A DNA stretch of 64,000 bases, taken from assembly GCA_964016885.1 (NCBI GenBank), contig OZ024745.1, positions 112,840,001-112,904,000 of the forward strand. Reading direction: 5' to 3'. The notes below the pieces were generated by a model, which was not told where the DNA came from, did not search any database, and was given only the letters and a program-made list of their open reading frames with translations. Every line of letters starts with the position of its first letter. Within the stretch, counting starts at the first letter, position 1. Of this stretch, positions 39,211 through 51,349 are shown piece by piece. The translations under genes were made by a program, and so were the position numbers. This stretch comes from Eledone cirrhosa (Eukaryota).

Positions 39211-40682
39211 GTTTGTTTTTATACGTTGTTTGTATTTATATTTTATTATTTAATTATCCCCACCTCTCACCTTTCGTTGTCAACACGTCTCTTTATGGCT
39301 TTATTTTTATTTTTATTTTTTTTTTATTTTCTTATTTATTTTTGCTTTTTTAAAATCTTATTTATTTCTATCTGTCTCCGAACTACTTCCCATATATAAA
39401 TATATGTATGTGCATATAATATTAAGGATGGTTATGTATATACTAAAACTTTTTATAGTTATATATATTTTAAAACCTAATCAGTGAAGGTCAGTAATTT
39501 ATTACTACCTTATTTACCAGTAAGATAAATAGCTCAATGTAATAACATCAGTTGTTCTACAGAGCAGTTATATAGAATTCACAAGAATCAAAGCTATGTT
39601 CAAAGCATTTATTCACTTACAATTGTTTCATTCAAACCTAGGTTTGGAGTCTTCGGAGCATTTTTCAATGTTTGTACACATAATTGACCTCCTTTCCAAC
39701 GCAAGAGACATACAGAGACATATGTATACATTGATGTACAGTGGAGTGACATATATTATATTATATTATTTCTGTATAGCAATTAAAATTCAAAATCAAA
39801 GTTAAAATTAAAATTAAAACAAAATTAAAACAAAATTAAAATACATTCGGCAGTTAACATAGATAATGCAAGAGGATAGTTTGTTAGTCAGATGTAGTAG
39901 TTAGTGTATGCGTTAGTTACACGTGGGGCATGCACGTGTGTCTCATTTATATATGATTATTGTGTGGCAGGGTCTTACATGTAATAGAAACACTTTAAGC
40001 GCTTAAAGTGCTTCTATTACAGATAAAACACAAAATTTGTTTTATAAATATTGACATACCCGGAGAAAAACAACCTTGACGGTTGAAGGTTCTCTGGATA
40101 GTGGAAACATTTTTTTATTTAGGATAATTCAAAGTTATGTGTGAGTATGCAAATGAATGTCAGAAAGGGTTGAAAAAACAACGGTTTATTTAAATTATAC
40201 TGTTGGAAGAAGAGAGAGAAAAAAACAGAGAAAAGGAGAAAGAGAGAAGAAAAAAAGGGAAGAAAAAAGGAAAAAGAGAAAAGAGAAAGAAAAAGAGAGA
40301 AGAAAGAAGAAAAAAGGGAGAAAGAAAGAGAGAAAAAAGAGTAAAATTATAGTGAAAAAAAGTTAAGGAAGAACGAGCGAAGAAATAAGCTTAACAAGGG
40401 ATGAGTATGTAAATCATAAATATATCGTTCTTTTATGCTATATTAAAAATAATGATAAATTAAAAATTTTGATAAATTAAAAATAATGTTAAATTAAAAA
40501 TAAATATATATATATATATTTGTGTATGGAAAGATATGCACGTGGGTATATATAGATTTTACGTTATTATTGAGTACTTGTGTGAGTGTGCGCCTGTGTG
40601 TGAGCAAAAGATCACACGTTTATAAGTGTGTGTTCGTATTTCCATGTAGACGCACATACACGTTTACGTACTATTAAGTATA

Positions 40683-40869
40683 AGGCGGTGGATTGGCAGT
40701 ATCGGTAGAGGGTCGGACGCCATGCTTTCCAGCATAGTTACGTCCCTTTATGATCTGAGTTCAAATCTCGCCGAGGTTGACTTTGCCTTTCATCCTTACG
40801 GGGTCGATAAAATAAAGTACCAGTAATGCACTGGGTAATTGCTGGCCTTGTGCCTAAAGTAGAAACAAC
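40683..40869 (+). mobile_element. tRNA-derived SINE family 1 (representative copy); others at about 5604(+), 13867(+), 14300(-), 35247(-), 35440(-), 44543(+), 48064(-), 51195(-), 52086(-), 52290(-), 56190(+), 56295(+), 58796(-)
   Basis: A-box TGGCAGTATCGG, B-box GAGTTCAAATC, body GCCTTTCATCCTTACGGGGTCGATAAAATAAAGTACC (resembles the Meta-SINE domain from memory), end GTAGAAACAATTA. Confidence 0.9.
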
Positions 40870-41032
40870 TATTAAGTATAAGTGTATGTTTGAGTGTGTG
40901 TATGTTTATGTTCTGGATATTTATTTATATATTTTTTCGCCTCAATTTTTGCCCGTTATTTGATTTCAGCCTCACTTTCATATTTCCTAAACTTTGTTTT
41001 GTCAAATCCATATTTAATAAACATTCCATATT

Positions 41033-41096
41033 ATTCTTTCTGACGACTGAAAACAGATATAAATATCTGTCTTCAAGAAACCACTGGTAAATGAAT
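41033..41096 (+). ncRNA. Type I hammerhead ribozyme motif
   Basis: ATTCTTT-CTGACGA-(long stem II TGAAAACAGATAT/ATATCTGTCTTCA)-GAAA-CC ACT GG-TA-AATGAAT. Intact core, 3-bp stem III, GUA triplet, 6/7-bp stem I. Confidence 0.7.
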
Positions 41097-41140
41097 TAAT
41101 TATCTTATGTTGTCTATTACATAACTAAAATATATATATA

Positions 41141-41197
41141 TGTTCTGAAGAGATAGTTTTGGTAAAAGCAGGAGCAAGCAGGAGAAAGCTCTCAACA
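41141..41197 (+). ncRNA. Degenerate minimal hammerhead motif
   Basis: TGTT-CTGAAGA-...-GAAAGCTCTC-AACA; stem II poorly paired. Confidence 0.35.
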
Positions 41198-41227
41198 ATC
41201 GCAGTTTTTAGTTACGATGGAGATTTT

Positions 41228-41303
41228 TATAAAAATAACAAAATAAGATGCTAATGATTAAACGATTTGTGTAACATCAGCATCTTATTTTGTTATTTTT
41301 ATA
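41228..41303. repeat. Inverted repeat with perfect 25-bp arms
   Basis: TATAAAAATAACAAAATAAGATGCT versus AGCATCTTATTTTGTTATTTTTATA. Confidence 0.9.
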
Positions 41304-42133
41304 TATATATAAGACACGCAAAAGACTATAAAGAATGTGTGCTATGTTACTTTATTTTCTTTGCCCCAGAACCCTCACTTTCTGAATGTGTTCCCACAAC
41401 ACCTAATATTTTAAAACGGAAATACATAAAACGGTATTTAGATTGGTTTTAAAATTAATTTTGTGTTAAAATTCTTGAAAGAATTATTCCCCTTGGATAG
41501 CAACTCTAGTTTATATTAGGTTATTTAGACAATTTAGAAGTGTGTTAGTGCTTGTGCTATATATATGATGGCTGACCTCTCGTTATCGAGTATGGCCATT
41601 GCACGATATACTATTATTAATAATTATTAATTAATTCTATCGTGCAATGCCTGTGCGTGAAGATATTTTTTAAAGTGAGGAAAGACTGTGCACTGAGCCA
41701 ATCCCACTCTCTGAGCGACAGTAGCTATAACCCGAAAAGAAGAAAAGATCAACATGATCGGTAACTACTGAGCCGCAGGTTTTATATCGGAGTTATCCCA
41801 GTTTCCTGAGTTGTCTTCTCCTAGAAGAATGCCCTGACAAAGGCTAGGGGTCCTTCACTCCCAGTGGTTTAACCGCGTGGTACATGTGTATATACATATT
41901 TACACACTTTCGGATGGCCGTTGACTCTTATAAGTTCTTCCACCCTTTGTCAGGTTTTATTTTTTGTCCTGCAGGGTGTCCAAAATCACCCTCGTCACCA
42001 AGTAAACTTGGTGGGGTTGCCGGTTTAGTCGCCGACGACCCGACCATGCAACAGGTTGTACTGGGTTACCTGTTACCAGTAACACTCAAGAGTATACATA
42101 CATACATACATACATACATAGAGAGAGAGAGAG

Positions 42134-42193
<60 letters not shown>

Positions 42194-42714
42194 TAGTTTC
42201 GTCTCTCCACGCTCTGAAGTAAAATTCGACTGGGGTTCTAATTTGTCCCTCATCTTATCAGCGTTTCGAAATATGCTGAATCAATTGATTGATTTTGTAC
42301 ATAACAAAAAGAGACGACTCGTATTTATGGATATACGTCAGTGTGCATGTATGCATGTCTAGTTCAATATCAACTCGTGGCTTAGCGTTTAGGACATTGA
42401 ACTAATAATCACGAGGCTGTGAGTTCGATTCTCGAACCGGGCGATGCGTTGTGTCCTTCAGCAAAATACTTTATTTCACGTAACTCCAGTTTACTCAGCT
42501 GTAAAAGTGAGTTGCAATGTCACTGGCGCCAACTTGTATCTGCCTTTGCCTTTCCTTTTCCGTTGGACAACATTGATGTCGTGGGGGTGAGATGAATGGT
42601 ATGTATGGGCGACTGCTGGTCTACCACAAAAAAAATATTGCCCGGGCTTGTGCCACGAAGGGGAACTTTCTAGATGCAAAACCCATGGTCGCTCGTGACC
42701 GAAAGGTCTTTTTA

Positions 42715-42990
42715 CTCATTACCCTGAGTAAAAACAACAAGGGAGACAGACTATCTCCTTGGAAGATACCTCTCTTGATTTTTCACTCCTCCCAAGGATT
42801 GTTCCCCTGATGTTAAGCCTGTCTCCCAGGTTGTCATGATATTACTTAATAGCAGGCTGATATTGTCTGCCACCTTGAAGATTTCTCGGCATTTGGTTAT
42901 CCAAGAATGAGGAACCATATCGAATGCCCTCTTGTATTCTATCCATCCTATGGCAATACCAGTATGCCTTCTCTGGCAGTTCACTTTCTC
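42715..42990 (-). mobile_element. R4/Dong-like RT fragment
   Basis: WIEYKRAFDMVPHSWI...RGIFQGDSLSPLLF (frameshift). Confidence 0.75.
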
Positions 42991-43099
42991 CTGGTTAAAG
43001 CCTGATGTATCGCAACCAGTTTTAATGAACTAGAACCAAGCGGCTTTAAGGCGAAAAATAGTTACAGCCCTAGAGCTACAGAACCAGAGACAAATAGAA

Positions 43100-43420
43100 G
43101 CTGAAATTCTATTTGGTTCGCGTCACTCTTCTCGTTGAATTTCACTACCAACACAAGAAATACTGGCAGAACATTTGAATGTAAACAGCAACCAAGTGCA
43201 AACATAACAGAAATAATGGAAAACATCATTCACAGTTGTAGAGAGCAGCTGCCCAATGGATGTGAATATCTCGTCTAAAATACTGGAAAAAGAAAACATG
43301 TATGGTGAACTAATTAGGAAATTAGAGCTCTTGTATCCGGAATATAGAAGTTTATTTGTACCTGTTATCATATAACCTCTGAGCGATGTAACAAGAAATT
43401 TGTATTAAAATATTCAAATG
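43100..43420 (+). mobile_element. Highly degraded R4/Dong-like RLE fragment
   Basis: TVVESSCPMDVNISSKILEKENMYGELIRKLELLYPEYRSLFVPVII resembles 46520-46670. Confidence 0.6.
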
Positions 43421-44224
43421 ATTATAAAAAGTAATATAAGACATTTAGTTTTCAGTATTATAACAGTATAACTTGGTTTAAACGATTGCGATTTTTTATT
43501 AAATTAAAGTAAATAAATTTTGTTTCTTTGAAATGTTTCACAAAAGTTATCATCTTGTAGGGACAGACAGTTATTCTATGTATTTAATATTAATTACATT
43601 ACACCTTGAAATTTATCCTGTAAAATTGAAATCTATAATTTACAATGCACACTCTCTAAAGTCTTATTAAAGTTGCTCCCATCTGGTGTTAAATAGGTTA
43701 TTCATAAAATCCCTGAAGTAAGAAGACCTTACGTGATAGAAGAAAATACATAACCCTCCTTCATCAATTTCGTTACATTGATTTAGTTCTACAACAAAAG
43801 ACAAGCGTATACATTAACAACTGCATGTCGGTCTGTCTGTCTGTCTGTTTGTCTGTATGTATGTATGTATACATGTATGTATGTGTATGTATGCATGCAT
43901 GCATGTATATATGTATGTGTGTATGTATGTGTGTGTGTATGCATGCATGTATGTATGTATGTGTGTATGTGTGTGTGTATGTTTGTAGGTTAGTTAGGTT
44001 TTATATTCAAGAAAAACATATTAATTGTTGATATTAGTTTTATATAAGACTATAATAAAACAAGAAACTAGGCGCGTTTTATATAGATTAAAATATTATA
44101 GATTTAATAGATTAAAATGCCTGTAACTGAGTGTGTGTGTGTATTCACACTATACCATTTATTTCACAATTGTATTGTACAGAGATTGCATGGTTGCTTG
44201 ACTTATGTGTATAAGTATTATCAT

Positions 44225-44463
44225 CTAGGAAGTAGATTTGGGGGGTAGTTTGTAAGTAGATCTCATCATAAGATCAAAGTAACTGCTATCTTCTACTGTA
44301 GCACTGACTTCAGCATAATAATTTATGAATTCCTCTTCGGTTACTTTACCATCACAGCAACCAGGTGTGTCCAAACCATCCAAAAAATTTCTTAAAGTCT
44401 CTTCCTCTGTCCATTCCCCAGAACAATATTTAGGATGTTCCATGGCATTATTCGCGAAGAACA
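44225..44463 (-). CDS. Terminal coding exon of a calcyphosin-like (CAPS/CAPSL family) EF-hand protein
   Basis: tttcag acceptor, then VFFANNAMEHPKYCSGEWTEEETLRNFLDGLDTPGCCDGKVTEEEFINYYAEVSATVEDSSYFDLMMRSTYKL...stop. This matches the calcyphosin C-terminal pattern HPKY..GEW.E....FLD..D....DG.VT.EEF.NYYA.VSA....D.YF..MMR..WKL. AATAAA at 44158-44163 (minus strand). Confidence 0.85.
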
Positions 44464-45238
44464 CTGAAATAATAAGCAAAAATATATTTTAAAATATTAG
44501 AAACAAACAATGTATATATAATTTTGTATGTATATATGGAAAATGGCGGCGAATTGGCAGAGTCGTTAGAACGTCGGATAGAATGCTTTGCTGTATTCGT
44601 TTCGGCTCTCTGCTTCCTGAGTTTAAATCCCGCCAACGTCAACTTTGACTTTCATCCATTCGAGGTCGATAAAAAAAAAGTACCAGTCTAGGACCATGTA
44701 TGCAATATGGAACATAAATACAGTGACATGTAATTATAAGTTTATGCATGATTATGATGGTTTTCGAAACCAATTGAGTCGTAAAGGTCTCACTAAAGAT
44801 ATCGTTTTCATGTAGTGTATCTACGGCTAATCAGATAGGAAGAAGCCTTCTGCTAGTGAACAAAACACTCATCAATTATGTTGTGCGGCGTTGCTACTCA
44901 GTGGTCACTGCTTACGTTTGGCCGTTTGTGTGTTCCTAGTTTTAACTACATGCTCATGAGAATGATGAGACAGAATAAGAATGATAGTACCCATTGCTGC
45001 ATTTGTCAAACACGCTCCCAGTTTCATGATAAATATTGATAAGAGTTTCATGTATAAAAAGCTAATAATTTATATTTATATCTATATGAAACAAGTCACA
45101 TCTGAGTGAGTCAACTGAGTGTCAGTTTTCATGTTAAAAGGATCAATAATTCAGATTCTATCACTGCTACCAAGGTGAATTCTTGGAAAATAGAAATGAA
45201 TTTTCAAAAGTTTAGTTTAGTACTATCGACAATAAATG

Positions 45239-45278
<40 letters not shown>

Positions 45279-45394
45279 TAATAATAAATTTCAAGACTAA
45301 AATCCAAGTTTCAGAAGATCCCGTTAAGGGTGAAAGCAGCGATTCTTTGCTTAAACTTTAATCTGTTATTTTAATAAATATATATATATACATA

Positions 45395-46145
45395 CTATGA
45401 AAGAGTACTGGTGGAATGTTCCAGTCAAAGCCCTAATAAAATGCAAGTATAACAGACCAGATATAGTGATATGGGACAGGGAAAAGAAGGCATGCACAGT
45501 AGTGGAGGTCAGCTGCTCAGCAGATGAAAGTATAATATTCAAGATTAGCGAAAAGGAGAACATCTATGCAGAACTAATGAGGAATATGCAGATACTCCAC
45601 CATGACTATGCTTTCATTGGTGTTCTGGGATCTGTTACTAACTGCCTCAGTACAAATCTTGAGAAGCTGGACTTCACAGAACCAGAAAGAACACGACTAA
45701 ACTGCCTCAGTACAAATCTTGAGAAGCTGGACTTCACAGAACCAGAAAGAACACGACTAAACTGCCTCAGTACAAATCTTGAGAAGCTGGACTTCACAGA
45801 ACCAGAAAGAACACGACTAGTTAGGAAGTTACAAGTTCAATCCATTAATGGAACTGTAAAAATATGTAAAACATTCCAAAAGTTCTGCATGTAATAACTC
45901 CATATACACATATGTAGATACAAAACATATGCACGTGTGCCCATAACTCAAAGCATACAGATCCACACATACAATAACATCCATACTTGCATACACACAC
46001 ACACACACACGCATGCAGACATACATAAATATATACCTAGTTGATGTCTGAACTCCAGTGAAGGAATCTTGTGACTATGTTAGAAACCAGCTGTCTCTCT
46101 ATTGGTAAACAATCATTAAACTATGACACCAGAAAAACATACATA
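45395..46145 (+). mobile_element. Tandem paralogous R4/Dong-like 3' fragment with a 60-bp triplication
   Basis: Parallels 46425-47050; NCLSTNLEKLDFTEPERTRL repeated three times. Confidence 0.85.
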
Positions 46146-46149
46146 CATA

Positions 46150-47060
46150 GAACAGGAGATTAACACGAAATACCTGATTCACAAAAGAGATAGGGATGCA
46201 GGCAAAACACCTAGATGTGATAACAAGTGCAGACTCTGCAGAATTAACATCGAGGATATCACCCATGTCATCAGCAGCTGTCCAAAGATGTCATCGCGGT
46301 ACTATCTACCTATGAGGCATGATGTAGTGGCCAAAACACTGTACGATGCAGTTCGTAAAAAAGATAGTCCCGATAATAAACACATTAAAAGCTACAGCAA
46401 TGTGAAAGACATCCATGTACATAATATGAAAGAGTACTGGTGGAATGTTCCAGTAAAAACCCCAATAAAATACAGGCATAGCAGACCAGATATTATGATA
46501 TGGGACAGGGAGAAGAAAGCATGCACAGTAGTGGAAATTAGCTGCCCAGCAGATGCCAATATAATATCAAAGATTAGTGAAAAGGAGAATATTTATGCAG
46601 AACTGATGAGAAATCAGCAGATACTCCACCCTGATTACACCTTCAGATTTATGCCTGTGATTATTGGGGCACTGGGGTATGTTAGTAACTGCCTCAATAC
46701 AAATCTTGAGAAGCTAGGCTTCGCAGGAGCAGAAAGAACACAACTAGTTAGGAAATTACAAGTACAATCCATTAATGGAACAGTAAAAATATGTAAAACA
46801 TTCCAAAAATTTTGCATCTAATAACTGCATATACACATGTACAGATACAAATCATATACACATGCACACATACAACTCAAAACATCCACATCCACACATA
46901 CAATAACATCGATATCTACACATGCATCCATACATACATACATATCTACCAAGTTGATGTGTAAATTCCAATGAGAGAGTCTTGTGTTGATGTTAGAAAC
47001 TGACTCTCTCTCTCTATTGGGAAAAACTTTGTGAAATTATAAAACCAGAAGAACATACAT
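46150..47060 (+). mobile_element. R4/Dong-like RLE non-LTR 3' fragment (CCHC plus PD-(D/E)xK endonuclease)
   Basis: CRLC...EDITHVISSC, RHD, RPDIMIWD...VVEISCP...EK..Y, PVIIGALG; 3' UTR then (TACA)n. Confidence 0.88.
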
Positions 47061-47999
47061 AAATACATACATACATAAATACATACATACACACACACAT
47101 AGATACATACATACCTACATACATACATTCTTTTACAACCTTGCCACCAGGAAGGTGGCCGGTCAAATAAATATACTCGAAATTAAGAGAAAGAGATAAC
47201 ATACATACATGGTGGCTGCCAACTCGTTTTCGAGTACGGCCACTACTTTATATCCATGGAGGATAACCCCTACCGATGCCCTGAACGAGTGTGACTTTTT
47301 AGTCCAGCCAGCGACTTGAAAACTCTGGTACAAACACTACACCTGTGACAATTATTGACACATAGTGCTGGGCCCATGGTACCATGTGACGACAAGTGCA
47401 GAGAGATCTCCAGATATAAAGCAATGCCTGTGCCGTGAAGCTTTTATAGTGAGCAAAGGCACTGCACAAAGCCAGTCCCACTCTCTTAACCAAGATGATA
47501 TTTACCAAAAAGATGAACAAGTCAACATCATTGGATACCATCAGGGTTGCAGGTGTTATATCAGAGTTTTCCTTCTCCTAGAATTCTGCCTTGACAAAGT
47601 CTAAGGGGTCATCTCTCCCGGAAATATACATACATACATACATACATACATACATACGTACATATGTTTCATCTAATTCATGTATAATTGTTTCTACTTT
47701 AGGCACAAAGGCTGTGCTTATTCTCGCTTTGTTCAGCAACAGCTATCGTTTTTTATTGTAAGGATTTGATGATGATGATGATGATGAATGATGATTGATT
47801 ATGATAAAAAAAAAAATAATGAAGTTAAATAAATAAGTAGAACAAAATGATTGATTGAAAAACATGAAATTTTATTGGTTAACATTTAATCAATTACTAT
47901 AGATTAATGACTGGGTCATCTCCAAAGTTTGACATTACCGTAACTCTATGTCGTAAAACATGTTGTCCGATGCTTTGGCAATACTACTAATCCACCGCC

Positions 48000-48047
<48 letters not shown>

Positions 48048-48251
48048 GTAATAATAATAATAATTGTTTCTACTTTAGGCACAAGGCCAGCAAATACCCA
48101 GTGCATTACTGGTACTTTATTTTATCGACCCCGTAAGGATGAAAGGCAAAGTTAACCTCGGCGAGATTTGAACTCATATCATAAAGGGCCGTAACTCTAC
48201 GTTGCAAGGCAAGGTGTCCGACCCTCTACCGATACTGCCAATCCACCGCCC

Positions 48252-48300
<49 letters not shown>

Positions 48301-48302
<2 letters not shown>

Positions 48303-50828
48303 TTTCATTTATTAGCCACAAGGGCCAACATGTAGGGGACAATACAAAGACAGGGACAGTGGGGGGTTTACAATGAGGTCGAGTAAAAGTGCCCAATGGA
48401 AAGACTAATTTAACAATGAAGATATACAAATATAAAATAAACTATGCATAAATATAACAAAATAAATTCCCCAATAGGGGGTGGACGACCCTGGTGGTGA
48501 CTCGAGTACTCCACCAATCCTGAACCACCCTGCGCTTCTAGGGCACCCAGGGAGAGCACCCCTCTCCTCAAGTTAGCTAGCCTATAGGCGCATGGTCAGA
48601 GTAGGCCCATTCACACGAGCCGTTCTCGCCACATTCATCCACCTTTTAGCAAATGAACTGGGAGGCAGCACTTCTCTCTCCACCCTCACCTTCCTTTCCA
48701 GGTGAAACTTGAAGAAGTCGATGAGGGATTGGCCGAAGAGAAAAGTGTCTGTCTTCAGTCCTTTTAACCTGTTTCACTATATAACGTCTTTCGCAACTGC
48801 CACCAGACAGAGGAACATTTCCTGCTCTTCCTGACCTAAGGAAGGCGGCGGGTCAATTTTTACTATGGACTCGGCCGATAGCCGGATCCGTTCTACACGC
48901 GACAGTAGCTGTTCGACAGAACTCCACAAGTCAGTAATGCACGGACATTGGACAAGTGCGTGCAGAACGGTTTCGTCGTTCTGTGCGCATCTTGGGCAGG
49001 TCCGTCTGACAGCACTTCCGTGCCTGTAGAGTTTATCCCGAACCGGCAGTGCCCCCCGGTAGCACTGCCAATCGAGGGATTTCTGGAAATTGTCCATCGT
49101 CCCCGGCTCGAAAGTCCTCCGGTACTGACTGATCAGTTCGACTTCGTCAAGGCCCAAAGCTTCTCCGAGTGCGTCATCGCACTTTCCCACCACTAATCCT
49201 CTATAGAACTCGAGAGTGGAAGTTCCACTGATCGCATTGCCCGCTTGGTAGAGGGTAGTGAGTGCCTGGCAACATTCCAGGTGCCAGTCATCCAGTCTCG
49301 GTTTCTTCTTGACCCAGGACTGCAGCTCAGTCAAAGAAATGAGCTGCGGAAAGGCCCGTCTGATAAACGGCGACCACACCTGTTCACCGTTTAGGCAGAA
49401 TATCTGGAGATGTCGCTGCCTCAACGCATGTCTGCGCATCATTAGCCACGGCATGCCCAGCCCTCCGCGTAGAGGGTGCTGGCAGCAGATGGACCGCCTC
49501 ACCAACGGATTTGTCCCCTTCACAAGAATTTGAAGAGGAGCCGTTCCAACTTGAAGAGGCGTGGACGGGGGCAAGGCACGACGTTCAGGCGGTAGTAGAT
49601 GACGGACGCGATGTACACATTCGCCACCTTGCGCGACCTTTCAGTGATAGCTTCTTCCCAGCCCATTTTTGGGTGAGACTGGCTACTCTGCTCGTTATCT
49701 CGTCCCAATTCTTTTCCACCTGGAGGTATGGTCCGAACCAAACCTCGAGCAACTTTTACGGTCCGTCCGTCCAGCGCCCCACGACGCTGTTGGACGGCAT
49801 GGGCTTGCCTCTCCAGGTTCCGAGCTGCAAGCCCACCGACTTTTCCTGGTTAAGTTTGGCTCCTGTCAACCTTTCATATTCCTTCAATAAGGTGCCGACC
49901 ACCTCGATTTCTGAGGTGTTCGACACCATCACGGTGATGTCGTCCGTATAAGCCGACACCGCCTTTCCACGTCCCGGTTCGAGCGGGATGCCCTGCAACA
50001 GCTCTAGCTTTCGCAGTAAAGGCTCGAGAGACAATACGTACAGAAGGGAAGAGAGAGGGCACCCTTGACGGACCGATCGGGAGAGCCGAAATGGTTCCGA
50101 GAGGTGGCCATTAACCTTGACCACCGAGCGTGTGCAGCTGTGCATTGCAGCGATCCAGCTTCTGAAGACAGGGCCGAAGCCAGCTGCTTTGAGGACAAAC
50201 CCCAGATACCGATGGTCGACTCTATCGAATGCTTTCGATTGATCTAAATTGATCAGTTCCCCCACCGAAGTCAGTCAGGTTTACACCCTACCCTCTCTAT
50301 AATGTATCGCATGAGGTGGAGATTGTCGTGTATGGACCTGGCTGGGATTGCGCAAGTTTGCGCCTCCCCAACCAAATCCTCGACGACAAGCGCCAATCTC
50401 TTTGCTAACACCTTGGCCAAAATCTTAAACTCTGTGTTGAGCAGAGTTATGGGCCTGAAGTTGTCTAATGTATCCCTCTTGTTCTCGTCTTTCCTTATCA
50501 GCGTCACCACTCCCCTGGTCACAGAACTGGGAATACTCCCATTCTGCTGCCAGTTGCAGTAGAGTGCTTCGAGGAGATCGGAGAACAAGTCTGGCATATT
50601 TACGTAAAGCTCGTAGGGCAGGCCAGCCAAAGCGGGTGACTTGCGCCTCATGCAGCCGACAAGGGCGTACTGAATTTCGGCTGAAGTAATCGGCCTTTCG
50701 CAGCGCTCAGCGTCCACTGTCGAGATGCGCAGCAAGCCGTCAAGGTAGGGACTGAAATCCGCTACTCTCTCTGACTCGCCACTCTCCCCGAACAACCGAG
50801 CAAAGTGCTGGCGAAAGGCCTCACACAT
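48301..50828 (-). mobile_element. Tx1/L1-clade LINE ORF2 (RT plus C-terminal zinc finger), 5'-truncated, frameshifted
   Basis: FRPITLLNTEFKILAKVLAKRL, LDQSKAFDRVDH, RQGCPLS, AYTDDIT, CPRC...ETVLHALVQC; 3' end abuts (AAT)n. Confidence 0.9.
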
Positions 50829-50866
50829 TAATAATAATAATAATAAGGCTTTCTTTATTAACCACA

Positions 50867-51344
50867 TTGTAGATGTAGCCTGCCCATTTGACACGAGAGT
50901 GCAAGAAAAGGAGAGGGAGAAAATTAACCGATACCAGGACTTAAAGTGGGAGTTAAAAAGGATTTGGAACTGCCATGAAATCAAGGTCGTACCGATTGTC
51001 ATAGGCGCACTAGGTACTATCTCAAAGAGTTTCCAAGAATGGTTAAAGAAGATTAGTCCAGCCCTGCTTTTTGGAACACTTCAAAAGGCATGCTTGCTGG
51101 GAACAGCAAGAACCCTCCGATACGTCCTGAATATCTGAAGCTGCAGGTAGCGGCTTGATATTCATTTCAACAAACTTTCCAGTTAAATAACTAATGTTTC
51201 TACTTTTGGCACAAGGCCAGCAATTATCCCAGTGTATTACTGGTACTTTATTTTATCGACCCCGTAGGGATGAAAGGCAAAGTTAACTTCGGCGGGATTT
51301 GAACTTTCCAGTTAAATAACATCAATGACTGAGACTCAAAGAAC
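50867..51344 (+). mobile_element. R4/Dong-clade non-LTR 3' fragment with 28-bp target-site duplication
   Basis: IVDVACPFD...EKINRYQDLKWE..RIW...VVPIVIGALG...LQKACLLGTARTLR; flanked by AATAATAAGGCTTTCTTTATTAACCACA at 50839-50866 and 51345-51372. Confidence 0.85.
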
Positions 51345-51349
51345 AATAA

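Noticed and set aside
40683-40770. tRNA genes at SINE heads (also 36226 and others)
   Set aside because: A/B boxes are present, but there is no cloverleaf and they continue into multi-copy SINE bodies.
44916-44935. 20-nt ctag...gtaag micro-exon candidates on the minus strand (also about 53377-53396)
   Set aside because: No calcyphosin-like peptide and weak polypyrimidine tracts; probably chance.
50271-51002. Single 243-aa ORF as one gene
   Set aside because: Chance in-frame fusion of antisense Dong sequence, (TTA)n and the truncated Tx1 RT.
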